NCBI GenBank assembly: GCA_039194325.1 | Contig: JBCCWC010000002.1 | Location: forward strand, 128,001 to 192,000 | DNA: 64,000 bases | Direction of reading: 5' to 3' | Origin: Myxococcota bacterium | GTDB taxonomy: Bacteria; Myxococcota_A; Polyangia; Nannocystales; Nannocystaceae | Shown: positions 28,964 through 38,208 of the stretch, piece after piece | Position numbering within the stretch: the stretch's first letter is position 1 | Layout: the number at the start of each line of letters is the position of its first letter | The notes under the pieces: model-generated | The model's database searches: none | Told to the model about the DNA's origin: nothing | The model's input: only the letters and a program-made list of their open reading frames with translations | Translations under genes and position numbers: made by a program

Positions 28964-30066
28964 GAGATCACCGGGAGCGAGGGTTGATCGCCGCCTTGTC
29001 GGGCCTGGCGCAGGCGCTCGGCCAGTGCATCGTCTACGTGCTGCGCCACGAAGGGGTCGAGCCCCCGCGGGTCGCCCTGCACCGAGGCGGCCGCCGCTCC
29101 GCAGCCGCCCAGGCAATGGCTCTTGTGGGGGCAGGGGGCGCAAAATTCGGGGGTCACGTCGCGGTACTGGGTGCGGGCCGGGGCCTTGAGCAGCTCGGCG
29201 AACGAGTGGGTGCGTGCATCACCGAGCGACTCGGTGTGCAGGGTGCACGAGCGCAGCTCGCCGCGGGGACCCAGTGCGGGCTCCTGGGCCTCGGTGCCGA
29301 TCGGGCAGCCCCCGAAGCGCACGTGCGGGTAATCGGCGTGATCGATCACGCACGGCGGCACCGGCATGGTCACCTGGAGATCAAGCCCGTGGTCGCGGCC
29401 GCGAGCCTCGGCCTGCTCGAGCGCCACCACCATGTCGCTGCGCGAGGGCAGCAATTGCGCCACGTGGGTGGCCGCGTAGCCGGCGGGCGAGAAGCGCGAG
29501 AGGGCCACGAGGCTCACCCCCAGCTCGATGAACCGGTCGAGGATCTCCCCCACCACTCGCGCGTTGCGTCGGGTGACCACGATGCAGCCGGCCACGGGCA
29601 CCCCATGGCGTCGCAGGGCCTCGATCCCCTCGATGGTGGCCGTGAAGTGCTCCCCGCCGACGTGGGCGTTGTGTAGCGCCGCGGTCGGTCCGTTGAGGGT
29701 GATCTGAATGCAGCGGATCGGATAGCCCGCCAGGCGCTGGGCCAGGGCGTCGTCGACCAGACCCCCGTTGGAGATGATCTGCACGTCGACCCCGTGGGCC
29801 GCGATCACGTCGAGCACGTCGAATACGCCGGCCCGAGCGAAGGTCTCCCCGCCGGTCAGGGTCACGTGGTCCAGCTCGATCTCGGTGAGCGCTCGCTCCA
29901 CCAGGGCCAGCAGCTCGGCGTGAGGCAGAGCGCCGATCGAGCGGCCGTTGTCCTCGCGCCAGGCGTTGTAGCAGTAGCTACAGCGCTGGTTACAGTGGCC
30001 GGTCAGCTCGATGGCGAGCGAGTCGATGCGTGGGCGAGACACCAGCGGCAGTATCCCTTGCATCAC
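28960..30066 (-). CDS. Radical SAM/SPASM domain protein
   Basis: CNQRCSYC, TGGE; SPASM C..G-x4-C..CAPCPHKSHCLGGC..DP. Confidence 0.95.
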   Translation of the reverse strand: MMQGILPLVSRPRIDSLAIELTGHCNQRCSYCYNAWREDNGRSIGALPHAELLALVERALTEIELDHVTLTGGETFARAGVFDVLDVIAAHGVDVQIISNGGLVDDALAQRLAGYPIRCIQITLNGPTAALHNAHVGGEHFTATIEGIEALRRHGVPVAGCIVVTRRNARVVGEILDRFIELGVSLVALSRFSPAGYAATHVAQLLPSRSDMVVALEQAEARGRDHGLDLQVTMPVPPCVIDHADYPHVRFGGCPIGTEAQEPALGPRGELRSCTLHTESLGDARTHSFAELLKAPARTQYRDVTPEFCAPCPHKSHCLGGCGAAAASVQGDPRGLDPFVAQHVDDALAERLRQARQGGDQPSLPVIS

Positions 30067-30092
30067 GATAGCGATACAATCGGAGCGACGGC

Positions 30093-31541
30093 GTGGACTG
30101 GAGCTGCCTCGGACACGCGATGTGGTTGGTCGAGGCGGCCGGGCTGCGGATCCTGTGCGATCCGCTGCTGGGCCCCGAGCATCATAGCGGCGTGTTCCAG
30201 ACCGTCCCGCGGCGACGCGTGCGAGCCTCGGCCCTGCGTCCCGACTTCATCCTGGTCTCTCATCGGCACCCCGATCACTTCGACGTGCCCAGCTTGCACC
30301 AGCTGGCCCTGCTCGATCCCGACTCGGTGGTGGTCACCCCCGATCCGCTGGTGGTCTGGGCGGCGCGGGCTCTGGGTTTTCGTACTGTGCACCCGCTGCC
30401 GCCCGGGCAGCGTGTCGAGCTCGACGGCGTGCGGTTGGTGACCACGCCCTCGCTGGGGGTCGACGAGTGGGGGGTGATGATCGCGGCCGAGGGCGCGGTG
30501 GGCTGGAATCATGTCGATGCCGTGCTACGCGGCCCCGATCACATGAAGGACGTGAAGGATCGGGCGCTAGCCGGCGTCGAGCAGTCGCGCGTCGACTTGG
30601 CGGTGGTGCGCTGGCAGCCCATGCTGGAGATCGCGGCGGTGCTGGGTCGCCGCACCGGCTTCCCCTACGCCACCTATGGAGATCTGCTGGCTCAGGCGGC
30701 CGCGGTCGAGGCGGTCGCCGTCGTGCCCGGGGCCAACGGGGCTGCGCACGTGCCTGCCTTCGGCTGGATGGATCGCTTCGTCTTTCCCGTGCCCGAGGCT
30801 CGCTTCTTGCGAGACCTGGCCCGGGTGTGCCCGGACGCGACCGGGCTGCCGTTGCGGGTTGGTGGCCGCTATCGCGTGGCACCCGGGCAGGTGGAGCTCG
30901 ACCCCGCGGGAGCGGCCGCTTTGATCGAACTCGAGGACGAGGGCGCAATGCCGGGGGTCGAGCCCGCGCTCGGTGATGTCCCCCGGTCTGTCTCCTGGTC
31001 CGAAGGTGCCGGCGGGACCGAATCGGTGCCCCGAGATCGGCTCCGTCGTTACCGGCCGTTGGTGATGCCGGTACTTCGCGATCCCAACCTCGGCGGTCAC
31101 GACCAAGCTCGCATGCGCACCCGGGTGCACGCCTGGATTCGGCAGACCCTGGCCGACGCCTTGGCGCGGGCTTGGCCGGGCATGAAGATCTCCCAGCCGT
31201 TGCGCTTCGTGGTCGAGGTGGTGTTTCCCCGAGCCCACGATGCCTTCACCCTACACGTGGGACCCAACGGGACCCGGGTGAGCGCGCACTACGACGACGA
31301 TTGGGATCTGCTCAACGTGGTCGCGGGCTCGATGCTGTGGGAGGTGATCGAAGCGAGGCGCCACTGGGGCGACGTGCTGCTCGCCGGGGCATTGCGGGCG
31401 GCCACTCGTGCCTACGCGGTCGACGAGCACGGTTTGCGTCGCGCCGACGTGGCCGAGATCTTCCTTTACTATGGGTTGCCCTACGACGAGGCGGTCGAGG
31501 CTGCGGTGCGGACCGAGGTTCGCTCGCTCGTTGGGTCGTAG
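30093..31541 (+). CDS. MBL-fold metallo-hydrolase with C-terminal SCP2-like extension
   Basis: LGHAMWLVE..ILCDPLL, SHRHPDHFD metal motif. Confidence 0.85.
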   Translation: MDWSCLGHAMWLVEAAGLRILCDPLLGPEHHSGVFQTVPRRRVRASALRPDFILVSHRHPDHFDVPSLHQLALLDPDSVVVTPDPLVVWAARALGFRTVHPLPPGQRVELDGVRLVTTPSLGVDEWGVMIAAEGAVGWNHVDAVLRGPDHMKDVKDRALAGVEQSRVDLAVVRWQPMLEIAAVLGRRTGFPYATYGDLLAQAAAVEAVAVVPGANGAAHVPAFGWMDRFVFPVPEARFLRDLARVCPDATGLPLRVGGRYRVAPGQVELDPAGAAALIELEDEGAMPGVEPALGDVPRSVSWSEGAGGTESVPRDRLRRYRPLVMPVLRDPNLGGHDQARMRTRVHAWIRQTLADALARAWPGMKISQPLRFVVEVVFPRAHDAFTLHVGPNGTRVSAHYDDDWDLLNVVAGSMLWEVIEARRHWGDVLLAGALRAATRAYAVDEHGLRRADVAEIFLYYGLPYDEAVEAAVRTEVRSLVGS

Positions 31542-31549
31542 ACCCTTCG

Positions 31550-31595
31550 AAAAAAAGCGAGCAACCTGATGCCCTCCCCAGGGCCGGTTGCTCGC
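31550..31595 (-). terminator. Rho-independent terminator
   Basis: 10-bp stem GCGAGCAACC/GGTTGCTCGC followed by T7 on the minus strand. Confidence 0.85.
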
Positions 31596-31780
31596 AATCG
31601 TCCCCGACTCCCATTTCGGTGACGACCTTTGGATCGAGTGGCTTCCCTTGGGTATGGGTTCCACTGACCCGTGCGGCGGTAGTCGTAGGAAAGGGCTCCC
31701 CAGCCCTCGTCGCTTTTCCCTCCAGTCCCCCGACCGAGGGGGCGACAGTACGTCTACATCCGCAAAATCACGTTACTATG
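31550..31780 (-). ncRNA. Candidate structured small RNA
   Basis: About five consecutive hairpins with G-rich loops ending at the terminator; no credible ORF; 5' end is a guess. Confidence 0.5.
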
Positions 31781-31876
31781 GAAGGGTCTCGATCGCTACC
31801 ACCAACCGTGTAAGGGGAAACCCTAAACCAGTGGTTTCGATTTGGGTCACACGGTGTTAAGGCGGTGTTCGAGAGG

Positions 31877-33229
31877 TTAGGAGCGATCCTCGGCCGTCGC
31901 TCGTAGGTGACGGGTGATCAGCATCGCCATCTCCAGCGCTTGCCGGTAGTTCAGCCGTGGGTCGACCTTGCTGCGGTAGTCCCGGTGGAGCTCGTGCTCC
32001 TGCACGCCGCCGGCTCCGCCTATGCATTCGGTCACGTTTTCGCCCGTGAGCTCGAAGTGCACGCCACCCAGGTGCGAGCCCATCTTCGCATGGACCTCGA
32101 AAGCCTGCTGAAGCTCGGCGAGGATCTTTTCGAATCGGCGGGTCTTGATGCCGGACGACGTGGTCTCGGTGTTGCCGTGCATGGGATCGGCACACCACAG
32201 CACGGTTTGCTCCCTACGTTGGACGATCTCGATGAGCCGCGGGAGCTCGTCGTGCACCCGGCCGGCCCCCAGCCGGTGGATCAGGGTCAGACGCCCTGGT
32301 TCCCGTTCGGGATCGAGCCGGTCGAGCAGTACTTCGAGCTGTTCGTTGGTCATGGCAGGTCCCACCTTGACCCCGATCGGATTACGGATCCCCCTACAGT
32401 ACTCCACGTGGGCCCCATCGGGCTGGGCGGTACGCATGCCGATCCACGGCATATGGGTGCTTAGATCGTACCACCCGTCGCGGCGTGGGACCTGCCGGGT
32501 CTGGGCTTGCTCGTACTCCAGGCTGAGCGCCTCGTGGCTGGTGAACAGATCGACCCGGCGCAGCATGGAGAGCTCGGAGTGGGCAACCGCCTCCATGAAC
32601 GCGATCGAGTCCTTGATGGAGTCGACGATCCGTCGGTACTCGTCGTGATGCTCTGCTTGGCGGGCGAAGGAGATGTCCCAGGTCTCAGGGTGGCGTAGAT
32701 CGGCGAAGCCGCCGTCGGCCAGGGCGCGCACGAAGTTGAGGGTGAGTGCGGCTCGCTCGTAGCCTCGCAGCAGCAGGGTCGGGTCGGGCGTGCGGTCCTT
32801 CTTCGTGAAGGGCGAGCGGTTGATGTTGTCACCGCGGTACGAGGGCAGGATGACCCCGTCGCGCTCTTCGGTGGAGGACGAGCGGGGCTTGGCGTACTGA
32901 CCGGCGATCCGCCCCACCCGCACCACCGGGGTGCGCGTGGCGTGGATCATCAGCAAGCTCATCTGAAGGAGGATCTTGACCTTGGTGGCGATCGAGTTGG
33001 ATGCACACTCGTCGAACGACTCGGCGCAGTCGCCCCCTTGCAGCAAGAAGGCCTGCCCTTGTGCCGCGAGGGCGAGCCGCTCCTTGAGCGCCTCGATCTC
33101 CCACGAGGTGACCAGGGGGGGGAGTCGAGCGATCTCGGCCTGCACCGAGGCGAGCGCCTCGGGGTCGGGGTAGTCGACCGACTGGTGGGCGTCCTTTGCC
33201 TTCCAGGAATCGGGAGTCCAGGGCTGCAT
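31877..33229 (-). CDS. Class II DAHP synthase
   Basis: LLQGGDCAESF, GRIAGQYAKPRS, SYRGDNIN, TSHEAL, WIGMRT, DPMHGNT, DPRLN. Confidence 0.97.
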   Translation of the reverse strand: MQPWTPDSWKAKDAHQSVDYPDPEALASVQAEIARLPPLVTSWEIEALKERLALAAQGQAFLLQGGDCAESFDECASNSIATKVKILLQMSLLMIHATRTPVVRVGRIAGQYAKPRSSSTEERDGVILPSYRGDNINRSPFTKKDRTPDPTLLLRGYERAALTLNFVRALADGGFADLRHPETWDISFARQAEHHDEYRRIVDSIKDSIAFMEAVAHSELSMLRRVDLFTSHEALSLEYEQAQTRQVPRRDGWYDLSTHMPWIGMRTAQPDGAHVEYCRGIRNPIGVKVGPAMTNEQLEVLLDRLDPEREPGRLTLIHRLGAGRVHDELPRLIEIVQRREQTVLWCADPMHGNTETTSSGIKTRRFEKILAELQQAFEVHAKMGSHLGGVHFELTGENVTECIGGAGGVQEHELHRDYRSKVDPRLNYRQALEMAMLITRHLRATAEDRS

Positions 33230-33399
33230 GGTGATGGTGATCTCCGAGCCTCGGACCATAGCAAGCATGCGTCGAGCGTCGGCCGCGCTCGCCTCGGTGG
33301 CACCCGAATCGAAAACCGCGGGTTACGACCGGTGAATCGGGTACCCCGTAGTCTCGTACTAGCCCCCGACGGGCCCTCCTAGGTGCCACCTGGGCAAGA

Positions 33400-33507
33400 C
33401 CGAGGCCGGGCGCGACGCAGTCGCGCATCCCGAGCCGGCCTCGGCCTAGATAACCCGAGGCCGGGCGCGACGAAGTCGCGCATCCCGAGCCGGCCTCGGC
33501 CTAGATA
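33400..33507. repeat. Two tandem 55-bp palindromic (REP-like) units
   Basis: CCGAGGCCGG-GCGCGACG[C/A]AGTCGCGC-ATCCCGAG-CCGGCCTCGG-CCTAGATA at 33400 and 33455. Confidence 0.9.
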
Positions 33508-33510
33508 CCC

Positions 33511-34134
33511 TCAGCCCTTGGGTGGGTAGAGCAGCGAGCCGCTCTTGCGCTGCTCGATCGCTGTCAGCCAGCGGCGCACGTTGCCCGAGCGGTCGAGGAT
33601 CTGGCCCCCCTCGGGGAACATCGACACGGTGGAGATCACCGGAGCGATCATCAGGTCGGCCAGGCTGAAGGTCCCCACCAGCCAGTCTTTGCCCTCGAGG
33701 CCCTTGTCGAGCAGACCGAGGTCGTGCTCGACCTGCGGGAGCGCTTGTTCGATCCGCGCCTTGTCCGGCTGCCCGCTGTCTCCCTTGGGGCGGATGTACT
33801 CGAAGCAGTAGTTCGTGACGATGTTGCCGTAGAGGTAACAATTGAGGACGCTGATCCACTGCTCCATCAGGGCCATGGTGGCGTTGTCGCCGGGGACGAG
33901 CGATGGGCCGTCGAATTGGGCGTCGATGTACCGGACGATCGCCTGGGTCTCGTACAGATGTACGTCGCCGTGCCGGAGGATCGGAACCTTGGAGTACGGG
34001 TGGAGGGCGCGGAGCTCGTCGGTCCCGAACTGGATGGGCTCGAGGTCGTAGTCCAGCCCCTTCTCCACGAGCGTCATGCGGGCGGTGCGGACGTAGCTGC
34101 TGGGGGCGGGACCATAGATCTTGATGTCGGCCAT
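33511..34134 (-). CDS. Glutathione S-transferase family protein
   Basis: SSYVRTARMTLVEKG, HPYSKVPIL..GD..LYET.AIVRYID, FSLADL. Confidence 0.95.
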   Translation of the reverse strand: MADIKIYGPAPSSYVRTARMTLVEKGLDYDLEPIQFGTDELRALHPYSKVPILRHGDVHLYETQAIVRYIDAQFDGPSLVPGDNATMALMEQWISVLNCYLYGNIVTNYCFEYIRPKGDSGQPDKARIEQALPQVEHDLGLLDKGLEGKDWLVGTFSLADLMIAPVISTVSMFPEGGQILDRSGNVRRWLTAIEQRKSGSLLYPPKG

Positions 34135-34347
34135 GGGTCGTCTCTCAAAAAACGTGGGAAGGTTGGAAGCGTGGGTTGGAAGTGTCGTCTCGACGACGGA
34201 TCCCATGCCCGAAGATCGACATCGCGATCGAAAAAAAATCGCGAGCATCCCGAACTCCGTTTGCGAGCGGGTGAACGTGGGTCGGTCGGGCCGAGCCCCC
34301 ATGGGATCCGGCGTTGGCCGACACCGCTCGGGGAAAGAGCGAGCGGA

Positions 34348-35253
34348 TCATCCGAGCCGGAGGCCAGCGGTGGCCACCGCCCGCGCGAAGCGGGCCGACC
34401 GAGCCTTGCTCGCCACGCCCAGCAGCGGTTGGTCTCGGATCCAGCGCGCACGGACCTCAGGGGTGGTGCCCGACCAGCCGTGGTCCACGCGTCGGACCCA
34501 GGCCTCGAAGCTAGTGAGCACGCCTCCGAGCGCGAGGTGGACCGCGGGATCGAGGGGCGGGCGTCTCGCGAGGTCGGCCAGCGCGGCCACAAGCGCCACG
34601 CCCTCGGCGAGCACTTTGGCCGACCACCCCGCGCGTCGCCCCGTGGTCACCAGATGGGCGAGGGCCGCGGCGGTCACGTGGATGTCTTCTACGGTACGAA
34701 ACGGCTTGATCCAGCGGTCGTAGCCGTCGCCCTCGAGGAGCGCCTCGGCGTCGACCCGAACGCGAGACAGCTCGACCCGGAAGTGAGGGATCTCGGGGGT
34801 GAAGGCGGTGGGGGGCATTGCGCGCAGCTGGAGGCCTTCGGCGTCGACGGGCACCCGGACCATGCGTAGCTGGTTGCGGCCGTTCTTGGTGCCGGTGGAT
34901 GCGGCGACCAACAGGGTGCGGGCATGGTCGGCCAGGGTCGACCACGCCTTGGTTCCGGTGAGGACCGCGGTGTCACCCTGCCACTCCAGGCGGGTCTCGA
35001 TGGCGCGGGGGTGGGCGCCTCCCTTCTCGGTGATGCAGAGCGCCGCGTGTCCCGTCTCGCCGGTCAGCGCGAGCAAGGCCGAGCGATAGCCCGCCGCGAA
35101 GGCCAGGCCCACGCGGTCGGCGAGCATGCCGGCGGCGACGGCTCGCTCGAAGGCGGATCCCGGCATGCTCTGCCAGCGCGCCAGCATCGGCTCGAGCTCG
35201 GCGACGACCGCGGTCGGGGGAGGAGTGCACAGCGCGAGGAGCCAGTCCGCCAT
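34348..35253 (-). CDS. Acyl-CoA dehydrogenase-like protein
   Basis: AFAAGY, ALCITEKGG, LTGTKAWST, KPFRTVED. Confidence 0.85.
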   Translation of the reverse strand: MADWLLALCTPPPTAVVAELEPMLARWQSMPGSAFERAVAAGMLADRVGLAFAAGYRSALLALTGETGHAALCITEKGGAHPRAIETRLEWQGDTAVLTGTKAWSTLADHARTLLVAASTGTKNGRNQLRMVRVPVDAEGLQLRAMPPTAFTPEIPHFRVELSRVRVDAEALLEGDGYDRWIKPFRTVEDIHVTAAALAHLVTTGRRAGWSAKVLAEGVALVAALADLARRPPLDPAVHLALGGVLTSFEAWVRRVDHGWSGTTPEVRARWIRDQPLLGVASKARSARFARAVATAGLRLG

Positions 35254-35273
35254 GAGCTCCTTGGTACAGCGCG

Positions 35274-35406
35274 GTGGGGTCTCGGCACAACGAGATCGGA
35301 GGGCCAGGGACGGCGGGATCGGGTCGATCGTCGCGTGATCCTCGAGCGTCGGCAGCGGTTCATCGCGCTCGCGCTGGTTGGGCTCGCCTCGTCGTGTGGG
35401 CGCCAG
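35274..35406 (+). pseudogene. Frameshifted, truncated paralog of the 5994 lipoprotein leader
   Basis: DRRVILERRQRFIALALVGLASSC versus DRAAILARRQRFIALALSGLTTAGC; upstream GTG is out of frame; similarity stops at a convergent gene end. Confidence 0.7.
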
Positions 35407-36540
35407 TCAACCCTGGCAAGCGTTCTGGATCGCGAGCAGGGTGTCGTCGAAGAAGGGACTCCAGTCGGGGGCACAGATCCCGCCCAGGATCCCCTGGGGA
35501 CCGAACATTTGGGTGAAGTCGGCGATGTGGACCCCATCGAAGGGAGCAGCGTCGGGGGGACATGGCCCGCCGGCGTAGTTGATGAGGGAGAGCACCACGA
35601 TCTGATCGGCGGCGCCTCCCTTGGCGGCCACCACGTCGGTGTACCAGCTCGCGGGTTCTCCGCTGGATCCTGGAATCTCGGGGTCGTTGGGCCCGTCCCA
35701 CTCATCGGTGATGATCACGAGGACCAGTAGAGCATCGCTGCGCAAGAAGTCTTCGTTGCACATCCCGGGCATGGCCAGGTCGGGGCCGATCGCGGCGAGC
35801 ATCGCGTCGATCGGTCGCTCGATGCCGCTGCCGCTGGTCCCCACCTGGGCCGCGCAGGAGAACGCGGTCGAGAGGTCGTCGGCCTCGGTCATGAAGTTGG
35901 TACCCGCGGCATAAGGGCCACACACCGCATTGCTCGAGTTGGTGCCCCCGGTCTGGGTTACCAGTCCGCCGATCACGTCGCAGCCCGGGCTGTTGGAGCC
36001 ATAGACGTCGGTCGTGACCACCCCTACGTGGAGCGAGTTGGCCTGCATCAGGCTCGCTTCGAGCCCGGCGATGAAGGCGGGGAAGCTCGCGATCAGGTTG
36101 GCCTGCTCGTCCGCGCGGCTGCCGGAGTTATCGACCACGAACAAGAAGTCGATGGCGGTGCAGCCCATTGGCCCCGTCGAAGAGGATGAAGAGTCGCTGC
36201 TGGTGGTCGAGGCGCTGCTGCCCGCAGAGCTCGTGCTGTCGGCCGAGGTCGGCTCCGTGATGCCGGTGGAACTGCCGGTGGCCTCGTTGCCTTCGCACAG
36301 GCAGGCCTCGAACCCGGAGCCGTCCGCGTTGCATAGCTGGGCGCCCGTGCTGCCGTTGGTGCAGGCACACGCCCGGCTCTCGCCCGGTATGCAGACCATC
36401 GCGGTGTCTGGCGCGGGGCCGGTCGTGCCCGAGGAACTGTCGGTATCGAGCGGCTCTCCGCTCTGGTTGAAGCAGCCCCCGAGCACCATGCACAGGCCGA
36501 CGAAGGATCCCCACCGTTCGTTCGCAGGACGAGCCGTCAC
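35407..36540 (-). CDS. Lipoprotein with vWA-like domain
   Basis: Lipobox LGGC, CIPGESRACAC module, Ser/Thr linker, IDFLFVVDNSGS, VGVVTTD, FLRSDALLVLVIITDE. Confidence 0.85.
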   Translation of the reverse strand: MTARPANERWGSFVGLCMVLGGCFNQSGEPLDTDSSSGTTGPAPDTAMVCIPGESRACACTNGSTGAQLCNADGSGFEACLCEGNEATGSSTGITEPTSADSTSSAGSSASTTSSDSSSSSTGPMGCTAIDFLFVVDNSGSRADEQANLIASFPAFIAGLEASLMQANSLHVGVVTTDVYGSNSPGCDVIGGLVTQTGGTNSSNAVCGPYAAGTNFMTEADDLSTAFSCAAQVGTSGSGIERPIDAMLAAIGPDLAMPGMCNEDFLRSDALLVLVIITDEWDGPNDPEIPGSSGEPASWYTDVVAAKGGAADQIVVLSLINYAGGPCPPDAAPFDGVHIADFTQMFGPQGILGGICAPDWSPFFDDTLLAIQNACQG

Positions 36541-36792
36541 GGCGCCGAGCGTAGCGGGATTTTGTGTCAGTGAGGTGCCCCGCCGGCGATGCGCCGTTTC
36601 GCCCGCTGTCTCGTCTGTGCGTGGTACCGAGCACGCGTTGTCGTGCGACGGCCCGCTCTTGGGGGCTGGAACCTCGCCATGGGGGCCGATGGACCCTTGG
36701 CGGCCAGGCCCTTCGTGTCACGTGGAGTACGTACATAGCACTTGCCCGGGTCACCCGATCGCTCGACGATCGGATCGAGGTTGGAGTCCGTG

Positions 36793-38202
36793 ATGTCGAA
36801 CGCCAGAAGGTGGCTTGGGGTCGTCGTGTTGGGTCTGCTGCCGGGTTGCTACTCGGGGTTGCCGTCGTCGCCCGAGACCAACGGTGATCCCAGCATGGGC
36901 GCCTCGGGGGGGCCGGCGGGTAACGAGGGATCGGGTGGCTTGGGCGATGGCTTGGGCGATGGTTCGGCTGATGGTTCGGCTGATGGTTCGGGCGAGGGGT
37001 CGGTCGATGGCGGTAGCGGTGACACCGGGGTCCCGGGCGAGGACGGGATCTGCGGCGACGGGGTCGTCCAGGACGACGAGCAGTGCGACCAGGGCCCGGC
37101 CAACGCCGACGAGGCCGCGTGCAAGACCGATTGCACCGACAACGTGTGCGGCGATGGTTTCGTAGGCCCGGGCGAGGGCTGTGATGACGGCAACCTCGAC
37201 GACGGTGATGCATGTACCTCCGAGTGTGCGCTGCCATCGTGCGGCGACGGGGTCGTCGATCCCGGCGAGGAGTGCGACGACGGCCAAAACGGCGATGACG
37301 ACGACGGCTGCACCGATCTGTGCCTATTGCCCGCATGTGGCGATGGGATCGAGCAGCCCGGAGCGGGCGAGGAGTGTGACCTGGGGCCGGCCAACGCCGA
37401 CACCGCCGCGTGCACCTCGACCTGCGAGGACGCCGCCTGCGGGGATGGCCTGGTCTGGGCGGGCAACGAGGAGTGTGACGACGGCGCGGGGAACGGGCCG
37501 AACGACGCGTGCACGCCCGAGTGCACCAACAACGTGTGCGGCGACGGCTATCCCGGCCCCGGCGAGGCTTGCGACGACGGCAACGGATCCAACATGGATG
37601 CGTGCACCAACGCCTGCCAGGACGCGGCCTGCGGCGACGGGTACACCCAGCCGGGCGAGCAGTGCGACGACGGCAACGGCAACGACAACGACACCTGCTC
37701 GAACACGTGCCAGATGCAGGCCGGCAACGGCTTTCCCAACAACGCCTACTGCAACCAGGTGGCCGGGTGGGATCCGTCCTGGACCGCCTGGGAGCTCGAG
37801 GTGCTCTCGCTGGTCAACGATGCTCGCTCGACCCCGACCAACTGCGGCAGCGAGGGCAACTTTGGCGCCACCGGGCCGCTGGCGTACGAAGGCTCGCTGA
37901 CCTGCGCCGCCCGCAATCACTCCCAGGACATGGGCGACAACGGCTTCTTCTCGCATACCAACCCGATGGGCGAGGGGCCCGGCGCGCGCCTGGGTCACGC
38001 CCAGTACAGCTGGTCGACCTGGGGCGAGAACATCGCGGCGGGGCAAGGATCGCCGGCGTCGGTGGTCAACGGCTGGCTGGCCAGCGACGGTCACTGCGCC
38101 AACATCATGAACCCCGCGTTCACCGAGCTGGGGGTCGGCTACTACAACGCGCCGGGGAGCATGTACACGCACTACTGGACGCAGAACTTCGGCAGCCCTT
38201 GA
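36793..38202 (+). CDS. Lipoprotein with seven Myxococcus Cys-rich (DUF4215-type) repeats and CAP/SCP domain
   Basis: 7x CGDG..ExCD; LVNDAR, AARNHSQDM..FFSH, GENIA, WLASDGHCANIM. Confidence 0.93.
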   Translation: MSNARRWLGVVVLGLLPGCYSGLPSSPETNGDPSMGASGGPAGNEGSGGLGDGLGDGSADGSADGSGEGSVDGGSGDTGVPGEDGICGDGVVQDDEQCDQGPANADEAACKTDCTDNVCGDGFVGPGEGCDDGNLDDGDACTSECALPSCGDGVVDPGEECDDGQNGDDDDGCTDLCLLPACGDGIEQPGAGEECDLGPANADTAACTSTCEDAACGDGLVWAGNEECDDGAGNGPNDACTPECTNNVCGDGYPGPGEACDDGNGSNMDACTNACQDAACGDGYTQPGEQCDDGNGNDNDTCSNTCQMQAGNGFPNNAYCNQVAGWDPSWTAWELEVLSLVNDARSTPTNCGSEGNFGATGPLAYEGSLTCAARNHSQDMGDNGFFSHTNPMGEGPGARLGHAQYSWSTWGENIAAGQGSPASVVNGWLASDGHCANIMNPAFTELGVGYYNAPGSMYTHYWTQNFGSP

Positions 38203-38208
38203 TCGCCC

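Noticed and set aside
28960..30066. Calling the gene pqqE, mftC or nirJ
   Set aside because: None of the cognate pathway genes or precursors are adjacent
33400..33507. Possible CRISPR array
   Set aside because: Only two adjacent 55-bp units, no unique spacers, no cas genes
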